64,000 nucleotides of DNA from Eutreptiella sp. 'Long Island Sound 2002'. Lineage: Eukaryota > Protista > Euglenida. The notes below the pieces were generated by a model, which searched no databases, was not told the DNA's origin, and was given only the letters and a program-made list of their open reading frames with translations. Location: positions 4,588,001 to 4,652,000 of the forward strand of contig OZ038378.1 of the NCBI GenBank assembly GCA_964036045.1. Reading direction: 5' to 3'. Shown here one piece after another: positions 1-9,376 of this stretch (the stretch's first letter is position 1; each line of letters begins with the position of its first letter). Made by a program: the position numbers and the translations under genes.

Positions 1-1157
1 TCACCGCCGCGCAGCAAACGACGGTCACCCAGATGCACCTGCCGTGCAGGGTGACCCTGTCTGAGGATTGTGGGCTTGTGGCAGGGGAGGGGGGATTTTT
101 TGTAGCCCGTTTTGCCTACCGGCTGGGGTCCAAACACTGGTGCTTGGACCTAGCCGTGGGGTCGGAGGAGGGGGGGTTGATGGCGCGCGCTGGCTCAATT
201 GCTTTTAAGCAGGTGCTGTCATGGGACGTGCAGGGGGAGGGGTTTTTCTCGGAGGCTTGGCACGCCATGCGTGGCCACGTCTCCACCTTCCGTGCCAGCG
301 CTCTGGGGGGGGACGTCATTGACCCAGAGGTGGTCAGTGATGGGGAGGTGACGGATGGGGGGAAGAGTGATGGCGGCCGCAGTGATCGGAGTGCCCGCAG
401 TGGGACCGCAAAAGGAAAAAAACGGGCCGCCAAGGACATCAACCCCCCCGCCCCCCCCAAAAAGCTGGCGGGCAAGGGAAATGCAGCCGCACCTCAGAAG
501 GCGGCCCTGGGGAGCCCCCTTCGTGAGCCTGGGTCACCGGGCACTGTGCCCATGATCGTGTACCGGGAGGCATGCCGTGACCGTGACCAGTTTCGCCAGG
601 AGCGGGATGCTGCCCGTCTGGCAGCGGAAGCAGCCACCCGTCTCAAGGAGGAGCTGGACACGGTCAAGCGGCAGCGGGACGACCTGCAGGCGAAGCTCGT
701 GGACGCTGATCGCCAAGGGGCTGCCACTGAGGCACGCCTGGAGGTGCTGCAGCGGTCCAAGGGCTGGAAGAACATTGAATCTGGGCCGGGGGCTGCATCC
801 CCCTCCCAGTCAGGGGTTCCGGTTGCACCCCCCGCCACCTACAGCGCGCAGTCCATGCAATTCCTGGCATCGGGACTGTTGGAGTACGCCCACTTGGCCA
901 CGCGGCTGATGGCCGACGCCAAGTCGTCGTGCCAGCAGCTGCAGACCATTGCTGGGCTGGCTCGAACAACCACGATGCCGGACCTGAGCGTGGACAGCCT
1001 GCCGAAGGTTGAGGCGGAAGTGTCAACCCGCCTGCAGAACGCCGACCGCCGGTACCGGTCGGATGTGGTGGCGGCTGCTCAGCAGCCTGGCTGGGAGCCA
1101 GAGCAGTCCGCGTTCGGCAGTCCGGGTTCTCTCCCTGGAACTGCGGCTCTGTGGTAG
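1..1157 (+). CDS. Hypothetical protein with central coiled coil; probably 5'-truncated by the window edge
   Basis: 374-aa ORF from ATG 33, and the frame is also open back to position 3. GC-rich and intronless. Acidic/basic low-complexity linker followed by a helical stretch (YREACRDRDQFRQERDAARLAAEAATRLKEELDTVKRQRDDLQAKL). No family recognised. Confidence 0.5.
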   Translation, partial: TAAQQTTVTQMHLPCRVTLSEDCGLVAGEGGFFVARFAYRLGSKHWCLDLAVGSEEGGLMARAGSIAFKQVLSWDVQGEGFFSEAWHAMRGHVSTFRASALGGDVIDPEVVSDGEVTDGGKSDGGRSDRSARSGTAKGKKRAAKDINPPAPPKKLAGKGNAAAPQKAALGSPLREPGSPGTVPMIVYREACRDRDQFRQERDAARLAAEAATRLKEELDTVKRQRDDLQAKLVDADRQGAATEARLEVLQRSKGWKNIESGPGAASPSQSGVPVAPPATYSAQSMQFLASGLLEYAHLATRLMADAKSSCQQLQTIAGLARTTTMPDLSVDSLPKVEAEVSTRLQNADRRYRSDVVAAAQQPGWEPEQSAFGSPGSLPGTAALW

Positions 1158-1440
1158 CCGCTGGACCCCCACTACGTGGTTCGTATATATGTATGGTATA
1201 TATTGTTGTTGAGCACTTCATGACATTTCTTTTGGGGGGGCTGGGGCCACAGATTGCAGCGTGCTGTGCACTTGCTGCACCACTTTCTGCCCTGCTGTGT
1301 GCCTTTGTTTCACAGGTAAACGTGCCGTGATTGTGGCCGTGTACCGATTGCAACTGTATGTTATTCCAAAAATATTGACGGAGCTGAAAATTTTCCAAGG
1401 CGGCCAGGGGCCACCACTTTCAGCTCTGATGTGCTGCTTC

Positions 1441-1720
1441 TTTTCACACAGGCCAGTGGCCACAACTTTCAGCCCTGGTATGGGCACGAACAAGTGAGGG
1501 CTGTGCTGCCTTTTTTCACACAGGCCAGTGGCCACAACTTTCAGCCCTGTTGTGGGCCTGTGTTCAAGACCAGGGCCGACTCTGGCCCCTGTGGTATGTT
1601 AATTGCGACCCTTTTTTTTTTCTTTCAATTTTGCATGCAGGCCAGAGGCCACGTCTTTCAGCCCTGTTACGGGCACGAACCAGAGCAGGGGTGTGCTGCC
1701 TTTGTTCACACAGGCCACAC
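1441..1720. repeat. Degenerate ~70-bp tandem repeat
   Basis: Three copies of CAGGCCAG(T/A)GGCCAC..CTTTCAGCCCTG at about 1450, 1521 and 1638. Confidence 0.75.
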
Positions 1721-1796
1721 AGACCGCAAACAGTATTTGAAAACAGTATTGGCCTCTTGTGTGGTGCCTGTGTACTGCCTGTCTTTTGGTGTGCAG

Positions 1797-1995
1797 TGAC
1801 TGAGAGGTAACTGAGAGCTCAGTGAGAGCTAACTGAGCGCTCACTGAGCTCACTGAGCGCTCACTGAGCCATTTGGCGCGCTCAGTGAGCGCTCACTGAG
1901 CGCTCAGTGAGCGCTCACTGAGCGCGCCAAATGGCTCAGTGAGCGCTCAGTGAGCGCTCAGTGAGCGCGCCAAACGGCTCAGTGGGCTCTCAGTC
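1797..1995. repeat. Left palindromic array of 11-bp units CTCA[C/G]TGAGCG; contains a perfect 108-bp palindrome
   Basis: Base-by-base check: 1848-1955 is its own reverse complement (centre 1901/1902, first mismatch at 1847/1956). Confidence 0.95.
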
Positions 1996-2215
1996 GGGTG
2001 GATGGAATTGTTGGCCGCCACAAACAGGTGGTTGTGGGCAGGGGGTGCAAGGGGGATGTGCCACCTACCACCAGGGACTGAAAACAGGTGTGTGCCAGGG
2101 CTGGGGGGGGGGGGGGGGGGCTGCAGCGCATATTACGGCAGCAACCGGGCGGAGGGGGGCGTCAAAGGGGGCAATGCGAGACGCTGCGGGGGGTGGGGGG
2201 GGGGGGGGGGAGGAT

Positions 2216-2365
2216 GGGACAAACTCCCTGGCGGCATCCTCGGGGGGGGGTACGACGGGACAAACACGCTGGCGGCATCCCCGGGGGGGAGAGGGGGGCA
2301 AACACCATGGCGGCATCCCCCCGGGGGGGGGGGGGGGTGGGACAAACACCCTGGTGCAACCCCAC
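2216..2365. repeat. Four ~40-bp G-rich tandem units upstream of the transposase
   Basis: GGGACAAAC..TGGCGGCATCC(C)n(G)n units start at about 2216, 2257, 2295 and 2339 (the last is partial). Confidence 0.8.
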
Positions 2366-2466
2366 TACCCCAACCCGACGAAGAGTGTGAATCCTGCAGG
2401 GGCAAGGGGGGGGAAGGCTAGGGACAACAATCAAGGGGAAACAGGTGGGGGGGATAGCAAAGAGAT

Positions 2467-4290
2467 GTGAAAAGAGGTAAGTGTGACGCAAGCACGGGGA
2501 CTGCATGTGGCAATACACCTCTACCACAGGTCCTACACAAAATGCCACCCAAGCGGCCCTTTTCCTTGTTGGGAACACAGCGCCAGCGCGCAACCCGGAT
2601 TGAGCATCTGGAGGCCGCGGTGGCGGCCTCCCTATGTGAGGAATATCGGGCCGAGCTGCAACCCGATGGTAGCATACTGCTAGTCCCTGAGGACTATAGC
2701 CGGCCCACGGACACCACCCCCGACATCAAGTCGGAGGCCTTGCGCGTGCTGTGGCGGATGCGTAGTTCACAGATGTCGCGCCGCGACATGGCCTACCTGC
2801 TGCCCGACCTGGACAGCACCGTTAGCTGGGCCGACGTGGCCCCGTGGCTGAAGCACCTCAGCCAACCTGCTAGCCGGCGGGTTTGTATCCTTGAGGGGGA
2901 GTATGAGATGCAAGGGGCGTACTGCAATATTGCTGAGCGGCTAGCCCTGCTCTATGAAGCGCGTGCCGTACGCACACCGGAAGCCTTGCAACCGGGCGCG
3001 CAGCGCAACACCTGGGTGACCATCGGCGTTGACGGCACCAACCGGTGGAATCGGGCCTACGTGCACTGTGCAGTGGCTGCACCGGGTTGTGGGCCCACAC
3101 AGCTTGCTAGCTGGTGGCTGTTTGAGGGTAGCGAGATGTGGGCCACGGTGTACGGCATGCAATCGGAGTGTGACTTCGATACGCAGCTCCGCGCTGCTAC
3201 GGCCCTGCAACTGCCGCATGCGGATGGGGTGGCACGCAGCCCCCTATTCTTCGTCCGGGCCGATGGCAAGGCCCACATCATGCTGGCCGGCGGGGACGGC
3301 TTCACCAAGAAGAGCCCCGGGGCCATGGTGTGCCACTGCTGCGGGGCAAACAGTGAAACGGTTTTGCGCAAGTTCGGGGGACAAGAGGTTGCCCTGGAAG
3401 GAATCAAGGGACATGTACGGCTGACCGGGGTGTTTCGTGACATCCCGGCGGACCGCCGCATTCCTGACTTCGGTGCGCATGGAGTCATGCGTGTTGCCAT
3501 TGCGGGGGTCAATGGAATTGTGCGGGGGCTGGTGACCCATGGCGGGGTATCGAGGAAGAGTGCGGCCACCATGGTGCAGGGGGTTATAAACGGGGCACGG
3601 AAAGTGGCCCGCACGGTGCGGCCTGGAAAGTGGGGGGCGGACAAGGCAAATGCCAAAGGACAGGTGCGCATGGAGTTGGGGGCTGCTGCGCACTTTGTCA
3701 AGGCCCGGCTGTGGGGCCCACTGTTGCAGCTGGTTGCACCGGTGATGGGGAACCATCAAGTGGGGGGCAGGCCATGGGTTGATGTGTGCACGGAGTGGTG
3801 GGAGGCGTTTGCGGCCATGGCCGAGGTGGCCTGGAAGGCCGACTTTCTGAGTGGTGCAGAGCAACGTGCCTTGCTGCAACGGCAACGGACCATGGGGGCA
3901 AGGCACCTTGACCTGGGATGGGGGAAGACGTTGTGGACGCACATGTGGGTTGACCACATGTATGCGTATGTTGCACGGTGGGGGACCATTGCAAGGTTTA
4001 GTTGCTTTGCATTGGAGGGCAGCCACGTGCGACTGAAACGGTTGCTTAGGAATAGTGGGGGGGTTAGCTTGCTGAACGATAGGTCCGGCTTGCAGTGTGT
4101 GGTGGATAACCACACGCTAGATGACCACCTCCGCAAGGAAGGTTGGGAGGTGGAGAGTAGGGCCGTGACCAAGCAAAGGGGGTTCCAACGACGGTGCATG
4201 ACTTGGTCACGTGCCCGGCGGGAGAGGAAGGGGAGGGAGAACATGGTGAGGAGGATTGTGGAACGTGCATTGCGACAAAGGACCAAGTAA
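2467..4290 (+). CDS. RAG1/Transib-superfamily DDE transposase, intact, intronless (first ATG at 2542)
   Basis: 607-aa ORF. Motifs (ORF numbering): VTIGVD189G; LFEGSE; FVRAD266GK followed by C289xxC292; IPD334FGAH338 (cf. RAG1 SIDALH); H492xxxxH497, then R-W-G-T-I and E517 exactly 20 residues after the second His. RAG1 has the same layout: H937/H942, RDGSI, E962. Confidence 0.85.
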   Translation: MKRGKCDASTGTACGNTPLPQVLHKMPPKRPFSLLGTQRQRATRIEHLEAAVAASLCEEYRAELQPDGSILLVPEDYSRPTDTTPDIKSEALRVLWRMRSSQMSRRDMAYLLPDLDSTVSWADVAPWLKHLSQPASRRVCILEGEYEMQGAYCNIAERLALLYEARAVRTPEALQPGAQRNTWVTIGVDGTNRWNRAYVHCAVAAPGCGPTQLASWWLFEGSEMWATVYGMQSECDFDTQLRAATALQLPHADGVARSPLFFVRADGKAHIMLAGGDGFTKKSPGAMVCHCCGANSETVLRKFGGQEVALEGIKGHVRLTGVFRDIPADRRIPDFGAHGVMRVAIAGVNGIVRGLVTHGGVSRKSAATMVQGVINGARKVARTVRPGKWGADKANAKGQVRMELGAAAHFVKARLWGPLLQLVAPVMGNHQVGGRPWVDVCTEWWEAFAAMAEVAWKADFLSGAEQRALLQRQRTMGARHLDLGWGKTLWTHMWVDHMYAYVARWGTIARFSCFALEGSHVRLKRLLRNSGGVSLLNDRSGLQCVVDNHTLDDHLRKEGWEVESRAVTKQRGFQRRCMTWSRARRERKGRENMVRRIVERALRQRTK

Positions 4291-4326
4291 GTGCTTATGA
4301 TGGATGATTTGTGCCCGTGCATGTTA

Positions 4327-4497
4327 AGTGAGCCCTGAGTGAGCCCCCAATTAGCTCTCACTGAGCGCTCACTGAGCGCTCACTGAGCCATTTGGCGCGC
4401 TCACTGAGCGCTCAGTGAGCCCTCACTGAGCGCTCAGTGAGCCGGCTCAGTCACGGCTCAGTGACGGCTCAGTCGGGATGCTCAGTCAACTGAGCCG
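4327..4497. repeat. Right palindromic array of CTCA[C/G]TGAGCG units
   Basis: Starts about 37 nt after the stop codon. 4357-4403 is the exact reverse complement of 1919-1965 (47 bp), and 4367-4403 is an exact direct copy of 1848-1884 (37 bp). Internal perfect palindromes at 4399-4420 and 4422-4441. Confidence 0.95.
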
Positions 4498-5280
4498 TCG
4501 AAAAAAAGAAACCCCCCCGGTGAAATCCTCTTGGCCTAGGGATTGGGATCCCTTTGGGGACATTCCAAAACCCCAACCCACCCCCGAAAGCCACAACTTT
4601 TCACATTAAACCCCTTGAAAAACACCACTTAGCCCCAAATGAGCCGTTTTAGCCCCAAATGAGCCCCAACTTCACATTTCCAAGTGAGCCGCAGGTACAC
4701 ACTTGTAAGCATTGGGCATAGGATCTCTAGGTTGCAAATGTGTTGCCACATGGTCAAGCATCTTCGTCACATTTTGAACATCATCGCAAAAGACCTAGTT
4801 TTTCACGTCTAGTTAAGGCCTCAACACTGTTTGGTCCACATAGGGGTATAGAGTACCCTGCAAATTCGGGTAGCTATTGATGTCATCGATGTCTGTGGTG
4901 CAATTGATACCACACCTAGGTATGGAGTACCCTACAAATGGGGTTAGCTATCAATGTCTGCAGTGCTATTGATAAAGATATTCACCTCCTTACCAGAAAG
5001 CTCCCAACATCCATTGGATTTGATGCTCATGTTCAAAAAGCAAATGTCACGTGACGAGAAAGGCAGCATCTTTCCCCATTGGCTAGTCTATTCGCGCGAA
5101 ACGGATCTTGGCCAAATTTTTCAGCCACATCGAAAAAATGGGGTAGTTTGGACAGCCTATACCCCCTATCAAGACTTAGAATGCGCCTCCCCCCTCTCTA
5201 ACATCAACCCTTCCGAAGGAACAAGTGCAGGCATGGCCATGCATGTGGGCCAGCGCCAGCAGACGTCTGCTTGCCAAAGG

Positions 5281-5690
5281 ATAGGAATTATGGGGAAATA
5301 TGGGGAATTATGGGGAATTATGGGTTTGTATGGGGTTGTACGGGGAATAATGGGGAATGATGGGGTTGTATGGGGTTGTATGGGGTTGTATGGGGAATTA
5401 TGGGGATTCATGGGTTTGTTTGGGGAATTATGGGGAACCGTCCCTGATGCTGGATCATCCACTGTTGCAGTCCCAGATGCTGGATCATTCAGTGCTGCAA
5501 TCCCAGATGTTGGATTATCCATTGTTGCTGTCCAAGGTGCTGGATCATCCACTGTTGCAGTCCCGGATGCTAGACCATCCACTGATGCAGTCCCAGATGC
5601 TGGATTGTCCACTGTTGCTGTCCTAGATGCTGGATCATCCACTGTTGCAGTCCCAGATGCTGGATCATCCATTGTTGCCGTCCCAGATGC
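5281..5690. repeat. Compound minisatellite: (TATGGGGAAT)n-like 10-mers, then about eight 30-bp units CCAGATGCTGGATCATCCACTGTTGCAGTC
   Basis: Directly visible. Reverse-orientation pieces of both units occur at 5996-6115; 10-mer arrays also at 6543-6603 and 41885-42000. Confidence 0.9.
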
Positions 5691-6344
5691 TGTGATAGTG
5701 GGTAGTGGTACAATAGGGCAACATATGCAGCTCACACAATTTGCAGTACCACGGCCCTCGGCAGATTTGATTCTCAATCTTGCAAAATTTCGGCCCCACA
5801 CGGCCGCCGACGTTGAGCGGTGCAATAGCTTTTACAAAGTGACCCGCACGGACAAGCAACACTCCTTGAAAGATGCGCATCATTTGGGACGCTTAAGTTT
5901 CGTGATGAACGGTGTTGCTCCGGCGCCTATGGCCGTTTGACATGAGGCCATGTGAATGAATGTCTTCCCGACTTGTGTTGCACACGCATCATAAAAATTC
6001 CCCATAATTCCCCATATTTCCCCATATTTCCCCATACAACCCCATAATTCCCCATAATAACAGTGGATGATCTAGCATCTGGGACGGCAACAGTGGATGA
6101 CCCAGCAACAGCAGTACCCTTAGCGCCGCCACCTTGCGGTTGCACAGCCTCCTGAGTAGGAGTAGGCAGTGGTGCAGCAAAAGTAGCAGCCGTATCAACA
6201 CCTTGAACATCAGCAGCAGCATCAGCAGCAGCAGCAAAATCAAATGCACATGCTTCACGGTGACCATGTGGTACCACTTGTAGTGCAGCTGTGCAAGACA
6301 CCCATCCTCCACCACGACGGCCCCCAGTACAAGCGAGGCCAATC

Positions 6345-6603
6345 TCAGTACTGGTGACACACTTGATGTCCTGCTTCTTCATGACCCTAGCCAAATGACC
6401 CTGCGACAGGTACTCCCTTGGGGGTTTGTAGAGGTACAACAAACGAACTTACAAGACATTGTTGAAAGCATGAAAATTTGAATCTGACATGTCCGTGGGG
6501 AAGGAGGGCAAAAGGAACAAGAAAGACACTAGCAGCAGCAGCATAATTCCCCATATTTCCCCATATTTCCCCATATTTCTCCAAATTTCCCCATAATTCC
6601 CCA
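6345..6603. repeat. Dispersed repeat, second copy at about 41676-42000
   Basis: Both loci share ACACACTTGATGTCCTGCTTCTTCATGACCCTAGCCA..GAGCATGAAAAT.TGAATCTGACATG..AAGAAAGACAC, followed by a CCCCATAATT array. Confidence 0.85.
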
Positions 6604-6810
6604 TGGACAGAATTGGTTGCCTCAACCCTGCCTTCTCGGGGGCCCAAAAGTGGGCGGAAATGCTACATCACCCCTGCATTCACGGGGATCCCCAAACAAA
6701 GGGGGACAAAATCAGAATTGGCTGCCTAAACCCCGCCTTCCGGGGGGCCCACAAGTGGGCGGAAATGCTACGTCACCCCTGCTTTCTCGGGGATCCCCAA
6801 CAAAGGGGAC
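6603..6810. repeat. Satellite-like family (core GGCTACATAACCCCTGCCGTCTCGGGG), ~110-bp dimer
   Basis: Related copies at about 22330-22410, 44380-44610, 45120-45240, 47530-47910, 51700-52320, 56500-57085 and 58700-58790. Confidence 0.75.
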
Positions 6811-6902
6811 AAAATCAAAGCACAAAAAAAGCAAAAAAAAAAAAAAAAAAAAGCAAAAAATTTCCCATGGTGTCTGTGATCTTGCCTATAGTCCTGCAAA
6901 CT

Positions 6903-6973
6903 GCCCCCACTGGGGTTCAAACCCAGGACCATGCAGTTGCAGAAGCACTACTTTACCCACGAGGGTATGGGCC
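6903..6973 (-). pseudogene. Degenerate tRNA-like sequence (possible SINE head; Cys-like GCA)
   Basis: Minus strand reads GGCCCATACCCTCGTGG...CTGCAA...CTGGG-TTTGAAC-CCCAG. T-stem is perfect, but the acceptor and anticodon stems are broken. Confidence 0.45.
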
Positions 6974-9376
6974 ATCTCTGACACACCTCTGCACAGGGGT
7001 GGTATTCATATTTGGTCCAATTTGGTTTTCATCCATTATTGCTTTCTCCTCAAAAAAACTGAGTATTTTGAGTATAGACACATGGGTTGAAAACCCATTT
7101 TATCACCCTCGACTAGTTCAAGCAAATTTTCCTTAGAACGCCTTTGGCGCCCATGGTCCGGCACTTTCCAGCCAATTTCCCGGGAGGGGGGGGGGGGGGT
7201 CGGCGTAAAGGGTCCGGTCCCGGCGAGCCCCCCGTGCTAACATTATTATGAAGCAAAACCGCCGATGACCTCCATGGGATTGTAAAGATATTTGTGCATT
7301 TCGAGAATCTGACGATACAAACCCTCCAAGGATTGCAACCATGTAGGATTGTGAACTTCGAAAAAGCTCACCATGCATAATCTCCAAATTTTGATGCAGT
7401 GCTTTGAATGGCTTTGCTTTCAAATGGGGGCCACGTATTAACCCTCTGGCCCACCAATGTAGTGTTGTGAATTGTCAAAATGGACAACCACACATGAACT
7501 CCAAGGAATTGCAACAATGCAGTGTTGGAAAAGGTGGATCGCTCATCAATTCCAAGTGATTGCAATGCCAAAGTGCCATGAATCTTTGGAACCTAAAAAT
7601 GCTGCACATTTGGGGACTTTGGGGGGGCTTGTTGTTAGTATCTAAAGGTTTCTGGGTGCTTGGCATTAATTCTAGGAGGTTTTAGGGTGGGCAGTGTTGA
7701 CCATTGAGTATGACGCTGACCTTCTGATCTTGCAGCTCCTGCCCAATCGAATGGACGTTCGTGTATGCAGACCATGACAGCACAGTTTCTGCAATCATCC
7801 CATTCACAGCCCTGAAATGCATGCAGTGCCATGTAAACTCGGTGCGTGGGTCCATGGAACAACCCCAATACACACATCGTGCGCGCACGGTACTCCTAAC
7901 GTGGAAGAGTGGTGCAGTGAAGAACCATAGCAAAATGAATCATTGACGGTTTTCTGGCTGTCCTCAAATGGCTTCAGGAGCTTTCTCATCATTTGGACAA
8001 CTGCACATGTGTTCCTTTCGGTGCTATTGGGGGTTGAGCTACACAGGCTGCAGGTTTTGACATGTTGTGTTGTCCTTAGCGACAAACACTATCAAGGGTG
8101 CAATGTGCATTTCATCATCTTCTCCAGAATCTGAAGCAGATGATAAAATATCTGAGGCAAACCTATCAGAGAGCAGTGACTGATCGCGGGTGTACCCTGT
8201 ACAAATATAAATGCAATTTGCAGGCTTAGCTAGACTGCATCAGAGGCAGGCAGTGTGGGCAGAACCTCCAAAATACTGAGTGTGTTTCACAAAGCCGTCA
8301 ACCACATCCAGCACATTGCTCGGGGGTTGGGGGGGTCCAGCTGCCCCCGGCCCTAGTCTCTGGCATGCCGATGGCCGCCGGATGTGAAGGCAACCTCTCA
8401 CCGGAGGCTGCCGGATGTGGCCTATTCTGGTGCTGGAGCCGGGTGTGAGTGTTGTTGTGTGTTTGGGTTTTAATCGACTGTGTGGCGCTCTCCTAGGCTG
8501 TCGGAAGACAGGCCGACGGCCAAAAAAGCGCCACAACAAACTTGAAATACAGCATTTGAACCAGGGATACGCAGTTTGCAGGTCTGTGCATATACTGAGG
8601 CACTGCACTACTCTGCTCACCACTTGTGCATGGGTGGCATAGTGTCTGATGACAAATATGACTACTATTTACAAGTCTGGCTGAACCAGTGTGCAAGATG
8701 CAGGTATTGTCACGCAGTCCTTGCTCCTCTCTGGCCACATGCAACACAAGACAATGCATTGGACAGGGGTTGGTGCAGCCTAGACAGTCCAATCATATCT
8801 TCCCACATTTAGCCAAAATGGCTTGCCATTCCAAAGGGTCCATGGCTGAACTGCCTGAGCTGTCTCTACCTGTAAAGCAACCGACCCTGCTGCCCTCCCA
8901 GAAACTTCTAGTTACGCTTCTGGGAGAGTGGTGTTTGCCCTGCCGGAGTGTGCCAGATGTGGACCAAACTTCTGCCGGAGGCTGGTGGATGTAACCTCAT
9001 GTTTCTGCCGGAGGCTGCCGGAGGAGGCCAAAAATCTTGCCGGAGACGAGGGGCAGGTATGCCCCCACCCCCTCCTGCTGTGGCTGCTTGCGAACGCACA
9101 CTTCAGTGCATGGTGAAAAGAAATTGCTCCTCTGAATGTCCCACTGTGAATTTCTGGCCAGGATCAAACATAGTGAAGGATGGGGCGTGGCGCTCCCCTC
9201 CTCCTCTAGCACTCGGTCGCTCTAATGATGCCCCAACAAAAATGGACCAGGCGCGAGGCGGAGGGGGCACAGGAGTGTCAGGGAGCAGTAGCCCGCAGAC
9301 TGTAGCCACCCAGACAACGCCCCAATCATCATGGGCACAGTGCACTGCAGCCCAGTCACACTGCCCCAAGGCGCCT

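Larger units (their letters stand above)
1797..4497 (+). mobile_element. Putative RAG1/Transib-like DNA transposon; true termini not resolved
   Basis: Transposase ORF enclosed by matching repeat arrays. No clean CAC-start TIR pair with a 5-bp TSD could be found by eye. Confidence 0.6.

Noticed and set aside
1797-1995. Resemblance of CTCACTGAG/CTCAGTGAG hairpins to AAV inverted terminal repeats
   Set aside because: Only a 9-mer is shared. There is no GAGC Rep-binding run with T-shaped arms and no Rep/Cap ORF; the enclosed ORF is a DDE transposase.
1961-2593. Gly/Pro-rich ORFs on both strands
   Set aside because: Products of G/C homopolymer runs and 40-bp repeats.
4954-5940. 328-aa ORF as a real gene
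   Set aside because: The middle two thirds is translation of 10-bp and 30-bp minisatellites; the antisense ORF is equally open.
6903-6973. Functional tRNA genes here, at 31630-31698 and at 60521-60592
   Set aside because: Acceptor and anticodon stems do not pair; one is demonstrably a SINE head with TSDs.
4500-9300. RAG2-like partner gene convergent with the transposase
   Set aside because: No minus-strand ORF with kelch-repeat or PHD character; the region is repeats.
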